Source: an uncultured archaeon
GTDB lineage: Archaea > Nanobdellota > Nanobdellia > Pacearchaeales > GW2011-AR1
Assembly (NCBI GenBank): GCA_903831045.1
Contig: CAIKWG010000042.1
Coordinates: forward strand, 13,239-77,238
DNA: 64,000 nt
Reading direction: 5' to 3'
The notes below the pieces were generated by a model. That model was not told the DNA's origin and did no database searches. It saw only the letters and a program-made list of their open reading frames with translations. Shown here one piece after another: positions 27,557 through 35,069 of this stretch; within the stretch, counting starts at the first letter, position 1, and each line of letters starts with the position of its first letter. Made by a program: the position numbers and the translations under genes.

Positions 27557-27880
27557 ATGGAAATACTCCATTTACGATCGTTGCTCCAGTATTTTCCAAA
27601 AGATTTTGAATGCTCAGTTTCTTTTGGTAATAGTACTGGATCCGGAATTTCAATAAGAACAGGACCTTCAATTTATTTTGAGGTTGCTATTCTAAAATTT
27701 GTTCCAGAGCAAAATCATTTTACTTTCACCTACTGCTATCGGCTTGTCACAAATCCTGCTACAAATAATCAGGAGACATTTGATAAGCTAGAAGCATTAG
27801 CAAAAACTATTGAAGAGAAATCTTCTATGAAAGTAGTTTTGATTGAATCCTATAATCGACCCAAAGCTTATGCTGACTAA
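27557..27880 (+). CDS. hypothetical protein
   Basis: Track ORF trimmed to ATG 27557 (MEILHLRS). Confidence 0.5.
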   Translation: MEILHLRSLLQYFPKDFECSVSFGNSTGSGISIRTGPSIYFEVAILKFVPEQNHFTFTYCYRLVTNPATNNQETFDKLEALAKTIEEKSSMKVVLIESYNRPKAYAD

Positions 27881-27885
27881 AAGAA

Positions 27886-27926
27886 GTGTGCAGAATGATT
27901 CGAAAGAAACGTTCTGCACATTTTTT
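27886..27926 (+). terminator. hairpin terminator, family B
   Basis: GTGTGCAGAATGATTCGAAAGAAACGTTCTGCACA followed by TTTTTT. Confidence 0.65.
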
Positions 27927-27976
27927 ATTAACTCAAAAATAAAAAATAAAAATAAATTTTATTAGGAGGTTTAATT

Positions 27977-29128
27977 ATGAAAATTTGGTTAATTATGTTA
28001 GTGCCAGTAATCTTTGTGGCTATTCTCATTGTCTTTTTTAGAAGAAAGGTTGTTTGGTGGGAACTTGCAATTCCTCTCGGGGTATCCGCACTTCTCATAA
28101 CCATCTTTAAACTAACAAGTCAGAGCATTATTACAAATGATATTGAATACTGGGGCAATTATATCACTCGAGTTCAATATTATCAACCCTGGGATAAATG
28201 GGTAGATGAAATGTGTAGCTATGATGTTGCCAGCGGTACTGATTCAAATGGTAACACCACCTACACTACAATTTACTATGACTGCAGTCATTCCGTAAAC
28301 TATGGACCAGAGTTTTTTGGAATTCTAAACTCTGGCGATAATGTTCCAATTTCTGGGGGGGAATATCAAAGGATGAAATCTCTTTTCGGAAATAATCGTC
28401 TTATTGATTTGCATAGAGATTATTATCAAACAGATGGAGATCTTATGGAATCAGACTATGATGGAAGTTATGAAAAGTATGAGTTTGTTGCAACCAAGCA
28501 TCATTATAAAAATAAAGTACAGGCTTCAACTCAGCATTTTTTCCCTAAAATCACTCCTGAAGAAATAGCTCTCTACAATCTTTATGAATATCCTCCGATA
28601 AAAGATTATTCTCTTCCTGCAATTCTCGGCTATGAAGGATATATTCATGATCCAATCATTGATAAAAAATTCGATTGGCTAAATGGAAAACTTGGAATGT
28701 CCAAAGAATTGCGAGTGTGGATTCTTTTATACAAGAATAGCCTACCCGAAGCTGGTATCAGGCAGGAATCTCTATGGAAAGGGGGTAATCAAAATGAGTT
28801 GATTGTAACAATTGGTATTGACGAGAACTCAGATGTGCAATGGGCTCAGGTGATAACCTGGTCAGAAGTTGAAGGATTAAAACCCATCATTCAGAGACAT
28901 GTTGAAGAAATGGGGAAACTTGATCTTTCTGAATTAGCGGATTTTCTCTACAAAAAATTGGAAAGAGATTTTGTACGAAAAGATTTTGCTGAATTTAAAT
29001 ATCTTACAATAGAGCCTCCCGGTTGGGCAATGCTCGTTACTTTTTTAGTAACATTAATTACAAATATTCTTCTCTCCTTTTGGATTGTCAAAAATGAATA
29101 TGATGCAGACAATCCTTCTGGATGGTGA
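27977..29128 (+). CDS. membrane protein (2 N-terminal TM, large middle domain, C-terminal TM)
   Basis: 383 aa; TAGGAGG upstream; no domain recognised. Confidence 0.65.
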   Translation: MKIWLIMLVPVIFVAILIVFFRRKVVWWELAIPLGVSALLITIFKLTSQSIITNDIEYWGNYITRVQYYQPWDKWVDEMCSYDVASGTDSNGNTTYTTIYYDCSHSVNYGPEFFGILNSGDNVPISGGEYQRMKSLFGNNRLIDLHRDYYQTDGDLMESDYDGSYEKYEFVATKHHYKNKVQASTQHFFPKITPEEIALYNLYEYPPIKDYSLPAILGYEGYIHDPIIDKKFDWLNGKLGMSKELRVWILLYKNSLPEAGIRQESLWKGGNQNELIVTIGIDENSDVQWAQVITWSEVEGLKPIIQRHVEEMGKLDLSELADFLYKKLERDFVRKDFAEFKYLTIEPPGWAMLVTFLVTLITNILLSFWIVKNEYDADNPSGW

Positions 29129-29173
29129 TATTTATTAATCCTGTATAAACAAAAAGAAAACTAACTTTCAAAT

Positions 29174-29206
29174 TTTTATTAACAATTTAATCTAGGAGAT
29201 TGTAAA
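29174..29206 (+). promoter_or_regulatory. reiterated 5' cassette
   Basis: tttttattaacaatttaatctaggagattgtaaa before ATG 29207. Confidence 0.5.
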
Positions 29207-30172
29207 ATGGAAACAACAAAATCTATTCTTACACGTTCTGGTGACATGATCAGTGTTGATATCACCGATGAAAGCTGCATGAAATGGGGAGTTAAATCTG
29301 GAACAAGAATACTGACGCCAGATGGAAGAGCAACTGTTCAAGGAGTTGGTTTTCCCCCCAAACCAGAGATTCAAAGCATGCCTACTCCTTTTGGAATGGC
29401 TTTCATTCTGGGTTCTTTACTTGGAGGCAATACCAACTTGGGTTCTCAGATGTGGTTCATTGAGGATTCGGATAATGGAAGATCTGCTTTTAATAATAAA
29501 TGGATTGATGCAGAATCTTTTGTATCTGAAGGATTTGTAATCATTGGAACTCCTGAGGAAGAAGAAGCCTGGATAAAAAAACTTGAAGCTGAAGGTAAAA
29601 AAGAAATTAAGCTTTTATGCGGGCATTTTGCCATTGTTGATATCACCGATGAAAGCTGCATGAAATGGGGAGTGAAATCTGGAATGAGAATTTCTTCTCC
29701 TCAAGGGATTATTACCGTTCAGGGAGTCGGATGTCATCCGGGGAATACGGGCTCTGATATCTTTTGCTCTGTAGAAAATAAGGAGAACAAATGCGGAGTG
29801 TGGAATGAGGATTGGGTGAATGCCGAAACTTTTCCAATGAATCTGCGTATTTTAGGAACTCCTGAGGAAGAAGAAGCCTGGATAAAAAAACTTGAGGCCG
29901 AAGGGAAAAAAGAGATTCTTACTGCACTCGGTGGGAAAATAATTGTTGATATCACCGATGAAAGCTGTATGAAATGGGGAGTTAAATCTGGAACAAGAAT
30001 ATTAACTCCAGTGGGAGAAGCCACCGTGCAGGGAGTAGGATGTGTTCCGGACAGTCCTGAAGCAGGTATGCAGATGTGGTGTCTCTGGGACGATTATGAG
30101 GGGGCTGCAATTAATTCTGACTGGACTGATGTGGAATCTTTTGCATCAGAGGGATATTTGATTCTTAACTAA
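29207..30172 (+). CDS. three-repeat protein (DITDESCMKWGVKSG...ATVQGVG domain x3)
   Basis: Repeat cores start at 29255, 29636 and 29945 with near-identical DNA; linker GTPEEEEAWIKKLEAEGKKEI occurs twice. Confidence 0.75.
   Translation: METTKSILTRSGDMISVDITDESCMKWGVKSGTRILTPDGRATVQGVGFPPKPEIQSMPTPFGMAFILGSLLGGNTNLGSQMWFIEDSDNGRSAFNNKWIDAESFVSEGFVIIGTPEEEEAWIKKLEAEGKKEIKLLCGHFAIVDITDESCMKWGVKSGMRISSPQGIITVQGVGCHPGNTGSDIFCSVENKENKCGVWNEDWVNAETFPMNLRILGTPEEEEAWIKKLEAEGKKEILTALGGKIIVDITDESCMKWGVKSGTRILTPVGEATVQGVGCVPDSPEAGMQMWCLWDDYEGAAINSDWTDVESFASEGYLILN
29255..30001 (+). repeat. intragenic repeats (about 57-nt near-identical cores x3, about 63-nt linker x2)
   Basis: gttgatatcaccgatgaaagctgcatgaaatggggagttaaatctggaacaagaata recurs with 1 mismatch at 29945 and a few at 29636. 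Confidence 0.85.
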
Positions 30173-30196
30173 TCTTAATTGCGATTTAGCTCATTT

Positions 30197-30230
30197 TTCT
30201 GTTTGGAGTATAACTAAACAGAATTTTTTT
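30197..30230 (+). terminator. hairpin terminator, family C
   Basis: TTCTGTTTGG-AGTATAA-CTAAACAGAA followed by TTTTTTT. Confidence 0.65.
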
Positions 30231-30240
30231 CAAAACAAAA

Positions 30241-30278
30241 AACAATTTTATTAACAAATTTTATTGGAGGATTAAAAA
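30241..30278 (+). promoter_or_regulatory. reiterated 5' cassette
   Basis: aacaattttattaacaaattttattggaggattaaaaa before ATG 30279. Confidence 0.5.
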
Positions 30279-30728
30279 ATGAAAATTAATCTAAAATCCG
30301 TTATTGAAGATGCGGGTTTAAATGTAACGGCACTAAGAGAAGCAATCTTGCTTGTGCTTTTGACAGAAGCTAAAATTAAAAAAGTTGAACTTCTCAAACG
30401 CCTTTATGAAAAAAATGCTACCTGGACAAATCATCAAATTCTTTATGCTCTTGCAGAAATGCAGAACAAGGAAATTCTTATGAAATTGAGTCTTAATGAT
30501 GAGATTCTTTATTATCTCACTCCAAAATCTCTCGTGAAAATTTTTGCAAAAATGACCGAAAATTTTACCCAGGAAACTGGAGAAAAATTCGGAAATGCCG
30601 CAGAATTAACTGAAGAGCAATTTACACACATTCTTGATGCTGCTGGAGAAAGATGGGAAGAATTGCATACTCTTAGTACGCAAATAAGCAGACGTATTGG
30701 TGCTGCATTTAAAAAATACTTTGAATAA
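30279..30728 (+). CDS. possible winged-helix DNA-binding protein
   Basis: N-terminus GLNVTALREAILLVLLTE...ELLKRL...ILYALAEMQNKEIL resembles wHTH regulators; weak. Confidence 0.4.
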   Translation: MKINLKSVIEDAGLNVTALREAILLVLLTEAKIKKVELLKRLYEKNATWTNHQILYALAEMQNKEILMKLSLNDEILYYLTPKSLVKIFAKMTENFTQETGEKFGNAAELTEEQFTHILDAAGERWEELHTLSTQISRRIGAAFKKYFE

Positions 30729-30761
30729 TTATTTAATTCATTCATTTTTAAATTTAATATC

Positions 30762-31073
30762 ATGAAACGTACACTTATCAGATTAATATCTGTGGGCGAA
30801 GTTGGACAATTGGAAGTGGAAGGCATCGAAATGGAGATTCATCAATCTTCTATTTTCAGAACAGGAGTCAAAGTTTTCATTATTGGCAAGAGTAGAAATC
30901 CTGATGAAGAAATTGAAAAACTAAATCAGTCAGAAGATATACTCGTTCCAAAAGATTCAACTGCTTATGAAATTGCAAATAAAGTTGAATTGGATGGAGA
31001 TGCTATTTATGCTGTTATTTTTTATAAAGGGATAAAGTGGGAAATTAAACTTGATTCAACTTCCATGAGGTAA
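30762..31073 (+). CDS. small hypothetical protein
   Basis: 103-aa ORF; beta-rich. Confidence 0.55.
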   Translation: MKRTLIRLISVGEVGQLEVEGIEMEIHQSSIFRTGVKVFIIGKSRNPDEEIEKLNQSEDILVPKDSTAYEIANKVELDGDAIYAVIFYKGIKWEIKLDSTSMR

Positions 31074-31089
31074 TTATTCATTTTGTAAA

Positions 31090-31129
31090 AACAATTTTAT
31101 TAACAATTTAATTTAAGGAGGATTTTATT
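31090..31129 (+). promoter_or_regulatory. reiterated 5' cassette
   Basis: aacaattttattaacaatttaatttaaggaggattttatt before ATG 31130. Confidence 0.5.
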
Positions 31130-31363
31130 ATGAGAAAAAAGTATTTTTATATCCTTACCTGTGAAGTTAGACTTTTAGGTAGTTCGAAAAAATGGAAAAG
31201 AACAGAATCGGGAGAGTTCTTTCCTAGGGATTCTGAATTACCAGAAGATAATCAGTCTGCAATTTACGCCTTCCTGTTTAATCAGTTTAAGAAAAATGAA
31301 GAATGCTTGGGGAAAACCTTTAGTTTTGCAACTGTTTTTTATCGTCTTACTGAAACTACTTAA
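31130..31363 (+). CDS. small hypothetical protein, paralog of 13383-13634
   Basis: Shared MxKKYFYILTCE and FYxLTE motifs. Confidence 0.6.
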   Translation: MRKKYFYILTCEVRLLGSSKKWKRTESGEFFPRDSELPEDNQSAIYAFLFNQFKKNEECLGKTFSFATVFYRLTETT

Positions 31364-31436
31364 TAAAAAAGTTTAATCTTCTATTCATCATTTTCTAATT
31401 TCATTTATTTACAATTTAATTTAAGGAGATTTAATT

Positions 31437-31616
31437 ATGAAAAGATTATCGCGTTCATTTTCAGATGCTAAAATCGCCGGTGTCTGTGGAGGTTTAGGAG
31501 AATATTTTAACCTTGATCCGGCATGGTTTAGATTCGGTTTTCTCGTATCGCTTATCTGCTATGGTGTAGGATTAGTTCCTTACATCATTCTCTGGATTGT
31601 TTTACCTGAAAAATAA
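31437..31616 (+). CDS. PspC-domain small membrane protein (59 aa, absent from ORF track)
   Basis: Hand translation MKRLSRSFSDAKIAGVCGGLGEYFNLDPAWFRFGFLVSLICYGVGLVPYIILWIVLPEK; AAGGAG cassette upstream. Confidence 0.7.
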   Translation: MKRLSRSFSDAKIAGVCGGLGEYFNLDPAWFRFGFLVSLICYGVGLVPYIILWIVLPEK

Positions 31617-31639
31617 TTTTCTAAAGTTTAATCACTAAC

Positions 31640-31670
31640 TTTTATTAACAAATTTAATTGGAGGATTTAT
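31640..31670 (+). promoter_or_regulatory. reiterated 5' cassette
   Basis: ttttattaacaaatttaattggaggatttat before ATG 31671. Confidence 0.5.
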
Positions 31671-32225
31671 ATGATGTTACCAACTTTGCAAGAAGAAGAA
31701 ATTATACCCTTACTTAATTTCTGCCTAAAAAACGGATATTTTGCATTTAAAGATAAATTCTTAAATGCAGAAATTAAGTCCGTCCATATAAGAGGAGCAT
31801 ATCTAAGATTAGTTCTTTCTATTCCTTCAGAAAAAGAAGGTGAGCCAAATCAAGAAAAAATGATTTTACTTTTGCGTGATAGAAAAGGTTTTGAAAATAG
31901 AACTCTTCTTTTCGATTCCTATTCCTTCCCAGAGGATTTACCAAACTTTCTAATTACTGAAGATAAAGAATTGGGAACGATGATTTACTCTTTAGGTTTA
32001 AGCTGTGTTCTTTCTCTCAAGAATGAATTTAGTGTGGTCTCTTACAAGGAGGATAATGGATTTCTAGTTTTAACTCACAAATCCAAAAAGATGGAAGTTG
32101 TTCAACTTTCTCCCTATTGTTCAACAGGAAAATTTAGCGGAGGATATAATATTTCTTCTGATAGAAAAACCGTTGAATATTGGAATGCTCCAGAAACAAA
32201 AGTAATGAAGGTAAAAGAAGCTTAA
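31671..32225 (+). CDS. hypothetical protein
   Basis: 184-aa ORF; no TM. Confidence 0.6.
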   Translation: MMLPTLQEEEIIPLLNFCLKNGYFAFKDKFLNAEIKSVHIRGAYLRLVLSIPSEKEGEPNQEKMILLLRDRKGFENRTLLFDSYSFPEDLPNFLITEDKELGTMIYSLGLSCVLSLKNEFSVVSYKEDNGFLVLTHKSKKMEVVQLSPYCSTGKFSGGYNISSDRKTVEYWNAPETKVMKVKEA

Positions 32226-32308
32226 ATTTCACTAACTAAATTTTATTAACAATTTTTTTCATCATTTTTTAATTTTATTTATTCACTAATTTTTTAAGGA
32301 GTTTTATT

Positions 32309-32809
32309 ATGAAAAAGTTTATTGTTTTATTGCTAATTTCTTTCTTTGCAACTACAATGTTTGCTCAGGAAAGAAAAAATGAAGCCTCACAAAAGGCTCA
32401 GGTTTCACAAATGCAGCAAGCAGGAGTTCACCATCATGGTTTGCCCACCTTGCCAGTTATAGGTTCTAAGGATCCTAAATTCATGCCTCCGCGTCCGGGA
32501 AAAAGAATCTTTGATTTCCGTCCTTCAGCTGAGAGGAATATAGAACATTTCAGAAATTGGGTGCAGCTGAATCTGAGGTATCCTCCTCTTGCAGTTGAAG
32601 GAAATATTTCCGGCGTAATCTATGTTACTTTTGAAGTGAAAGATGGAAAGATAATTCCTCTTACATCAAAGAACATCCTCAAGGGAGTAAATCCATTGCT
32701 TGACAAAGAAGTTATCCGCGTCATTAATTCTGCTCCCGCATGGGCTCCTCCGCAGCGTATGCCTGGAATACAGACATTCTCTATGCCTGTTGAATTTATT
32801 CTTAAGTAA
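32309..32809 (+). CDS. secreted protein with TonB C-terminal-like domain
   Basis: Signal peptide ...TTMFAQ; LRYPPLAVEGNISGVIYVTFEVKDGKI...LDKEVIRVINSAPAW...PVEFILK. Confidence 0.6.
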   Translation: MKKFIVLLLISFFATTMFAQERKNEASQKAQVSQMQQAGVHHHGLPTLPVIGSKDPKFMPPRPGKRIFDFRPSAERNIEHFRNWVQLNLRYPPLAVEGNISGVIYVTFEVKDGKIIPLTSKNILKGVNPLLDKEVIRVINSAPAWAPPQRMPGIQTFSMPVEFILK

Positions 32810-32845
32810 GCTAAGAGGGTTTCATCCGACATTTGATTAAACGAA

Positions 32846-32887
32846 GTGTGCAGGATAATTTTAAAGAAAAGTTCTGCACACTTTTTT
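32846..32887 (+). terminator. hairpin terminator, family B
   Basis: GTGTGCAGGATAATTTTAAAGAAAAGTTCTGCACAC followed by TTTTTT. Confidence 0.65.
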
Positions 32888-32911
32888 ATTCATCTAAAAA
32901 TAAATTTCATT

Positions 32912-33265
32912 ATGGAAATTAACAGAAATTTTTTCTTAAACTTTGTTGCCGATTCTTTATTGAAGGACTTTCAAAATACGGATAAACCATTTTATGAGTT
33001 TCTTAATCTACTCAATCATGATGGAAAATCAGTAAGGGGTCTTTTTAGAAGGTTAAGCGGTCTCAAAATAAATTTGAAGCAATCAGAAAGCAAAAAGAGT
33101 TTTGAGATCCTTGAATCCTATGATGGAGTCTGGGGTCTTGTTCTCTATGAGCAACCAGGATTTAACCTTCCATTTGAAATAGGAATCTTAAATTTTCAGG
33201 AGAACCTTTTTTATAAATTAATTCTACCTGAAGATAAATGGATTGATCTCACTACGAAATCTTAA
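32912..33265 (+). CDS. hypothetical protein
   Basis: Track ORF 32846 starts inside the terminator; trimmed to ATG 32912 (MEINRNFF). Confidence 0.55.
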   Translation: MEINRNFFLNFVADSLLKDFQNTDKPFYEFLNLLNHDGKSVRGLFRRLSGLKINLKQSESKKSFEILESYDGVWGLVLYEQPGFNLPFEIGILNFQENLFYKLILPEDKWIDLTTKS

Positions 33266-33290
33266 TTCGTACTTTTATTAATTCTCTTCT

Positions 33291-33323
33291 TTTTATTCAC
33301 AAATTTAATTGGAGGTTTAAATT
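33291..33323 (+). promoter_or_regulatory. reiterated 5' cassette
   Basis: ttttattcacaaatttaattggaggtttaaatt before ATG 33324. Confidence 0.5.
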
Positions 33324-33557
33324 ATGAAAATTTCTCTTTCAACTGATGCCAAAATCATCTTAGCTCAATTGGGAAAAGTTCTTTCTGCAATAGTAAGTTT
33401 TTGTGCTTTTGTTTACGGCTGGTTTGCAGATTTAACATTCTCTCAGGATGCGCCAAAAATACTTCTTCTGATAGCCTTAATTTTTATTCCTATCTTTATT
33501 TATCTCAGATTGCAAAATCTGCGAGATAAACTTGAAGGAAAGCCCTGGGCAAGATAG
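33324..33557 (+). CDS. small membrane protein (2 TM)
   Basis: 77-aa ORF. Confidence 0.55.
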   Translation: MKISLSTDAKIILAQLGKVLSAIVSFCAFVYGWFADLTFSQDAPKILLLIALIFIPIFIYLRLQNLRDKLEGKPWAR

Positions 33558-33583
33558 AATATTCTTTTAAGAAGATTTCAACT

Positions 33584-33619
33584 TTTATTTTTATTAATTA
33601 TTTAATTGGAGGATTTATC
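33584..33619 (+). promoter_or_regulatory. reiterated 5' cassette
   Basis: ttttatttttattaattatttaattggaggatttatc before ATG 33620. Confidence 0.5.
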
Positions 33620-33871
33620 ATGTCAGCAGATGGTCATACGCCGTGGTTCACAGATGATTCTGAAGCATGTGAAGGCTTTGGAGTTTCTCCGGGAGAGGAT
33701 ATAATTCTTCCTAATGGAGAAAGAGCAACTGTTGTTGGAAAAGATTGGATTCAAGAAGCAGGTGCAAGTAACAGGATTCTTTTTCGAGATGAAGATGGTA
33801 ATGAGAAGTATTGGGGTTCCTGGGAAAGTGCAGAAGATTTTGAAAGACTTGGATTCAGAAAAGTTGATTAA
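33620..33871 (+). CDS. single-copy homolog of the 29207-30172 repeat domain
   Basis: TDDSEACEGFGVSPGEDIILPNGERATVVGKD...WESAEDFERLGF parallels DITDESCMKWGVKSGTRILTPDGRATVQGVG...ESFVSEGF. Confidence 0.6.
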   Translation: MSADGHTPWFTDDSEACEGFGVSPGEDIILPNGERATVVGKDWIQEAGASNRILFRDEDGNEKYWGSWESAEDFERLGFRKVD

Positions 33872-33906
33872 ATTATTTTAGATTTAGCTTAATTGCGAAC
33901 TCACAG

Positions 33907-33948
33907 GTGTGCAGGATGATTCGAAAGAAAAGTTCTGCACACTTTTTT
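33907..33948 (+). terminator. hairpin terminator, family B
   Basis: GTGTGCAGGATGATTCGAAAGAAAAGTTCTGCACAC followed by TTTTTT. Confidence 0.65.
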
Positions 33949-33983
33949 ACTCAACAATAAATTTTTTATTGGAGGATTTTATT

Positions 33984-34436
33984 ATGATTGATAAAAAAAT
34001 ATCCCTAGCAGAATTTCTTGAAATGACAAAAGGAATGTATGTTTGGGAACATCCAGATCCAGGCAGGAGAATGATTTCTAAAGAAAACCTGTCAGACGCT
34101 TTTACTTTAATAGGAGATGCTTCTGAATCTTCTTTTGATGATGCTGGAACAACTTGCATTCTTGCTCTTGTTGCTTTGGACAAAAAGGATTATCTCCAAG
34201 AGATAGAGAAATTTATCTTTAAGGAAGAGATGGATGCATCTCTATCTAGATTTTCTGAAGGAGAAACAATTCTCGGTTGCATTGCCGGCTATTATTGCCT
34301 CAGATTTTCCGTTGAAGGCATTGTTTCATTAGGGTCTGGAAGCAATAATTATCTTTGTATGAGAGTTGGAGAAAATTGTTTCCTTCTGGCTTGGATTACA
34401 GGGACAAGGGTTTCATGGATTGAAATTGCGGATTAA
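33984..34436 (+). CDS. hypothetical protein
   Basis: Track ORF 33909 starts inside the terminator; trimmed to ATG 33984 behind GGAGG. Confidence 0.6.
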   Translation: MIDKKISLAEFLEMTKGMYVWEHPDPGRRMISKENLSDAFTLIGDASESSFDDAGTTCILALVALDKKDYLQEIEKFIFKEEMDASLSRFSEGETILGCIAGYYCLRFSVEGIVSLGSGSNNYLCMRVGENCFLLAWITGTRVSWIEIAD

Positions 34437-34448
34437 TTTGTTTCTAAA

Positions 34449-34501
34449 CAATTTTTATTAACTAATTATTTTCTTTTAATCATTTAATTGGAGGATTTAT
34501 T
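34449..34501 (+). promoter_or_regulatory. reiterated 5' cassette
   Basis: caatttttattaac...catttaattggaggatttatt before ATG 34502. Confidence 0.45.
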
Positions 34502-35050
34502 ATGTTTTTTTTATGTCTTACATTATTATGCCTTGGTCTGGGATTCTTATTCTTTTTCTTATCTGACAAAAACAATAAAGAGTCCCTTGGAGGAACTGGA
34601 ATTGCTTTCATAGTTATTGGTTGTTTCATTTTTGTGATTGAAGTGATTTCGGAATTTTCTAATTATTCTGGTCAAATAAGAAGGTTCGAGAATCTCCGTG
34701 CCGAGAATAAGAAGATAGTGCTTCTTGAGGAGAAATGCACTTCCTTGACAAAATCATTTTCTTATTACCTTGGAGAAAAATATCCTGAATTTGAAAAGCA
34801 AATTTTTGAAAAAATTTCTCCTGCATCTGCTGAAGGCAATATTATTGCTTTACTCTCTCACTATCCTGAATTGCGTTCGTCTGAGTCTATTGGTAAATTG
34901 GTAGATCAGATAAACTCTCTAACCAGCGACCTTTATGCACGAAAGATTTCTCGCGAGGACATTTGTCAAAAAATTAGATTCAAGGAAAAATCTCCCTGGA
35001 TTTTATTTTTGCCAAAAGTTTCTGAAGACCTTAAGGCTATCATTTTCTAA
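34502..35050 (+). CDS. membrane-anchored coiled-coil protein
   Basis: 2 N-terminal TM then helical domain. Confidence 0.6.
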   Translation: MFFLCLTLLCLGLGFLFFFLSDKNNKESLGGTGIAFIVIGCFIFVIEVISEFSNYSGQIRRFENLRAENKKIVLLEEKCTSLTKSFSYYLGEKYPEFEKQIFEKISPASAEGNIIALLSHYPELRSSESIGKLVDQINSLTSDLYARKISREDICQKIRFKEKSPWILFLPKVSEDLKAIIF

Positions 35051-35069
35051 TTCTTAATTTTTATTTTTT

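Noticed and set aside
29207-30172. Diversity-generating retroelement or retron behind the repeat gene
   Set aside because: No reverse transcriptase, template repeat or msr/msd-like structure is visible anywhere in the window.
1265-33948. Repeated hairpins considered as a CRISPR array or integron attC sites
   Set aside because: The copies are irregularly spaced, kilobases apart. Each sits right after a stop codon and ends in a T-run. There are no uniform spacers, no RYYYAAC/GTTRRRY cores, and no cas or intI genes. They behave as terminators or REP-like elements.
20443-33984. N-terminal extensions of track ORFs starting at 20443, 25503, 32846 and 33909 (also 1957, 8566, 17532, 22921, 27503)
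   Set aside because: The extensions begin at non-ATG codons inside terminator hairpins or inside the preceding gene. Downstream ATGs with SD or cassette contexts were used instead.
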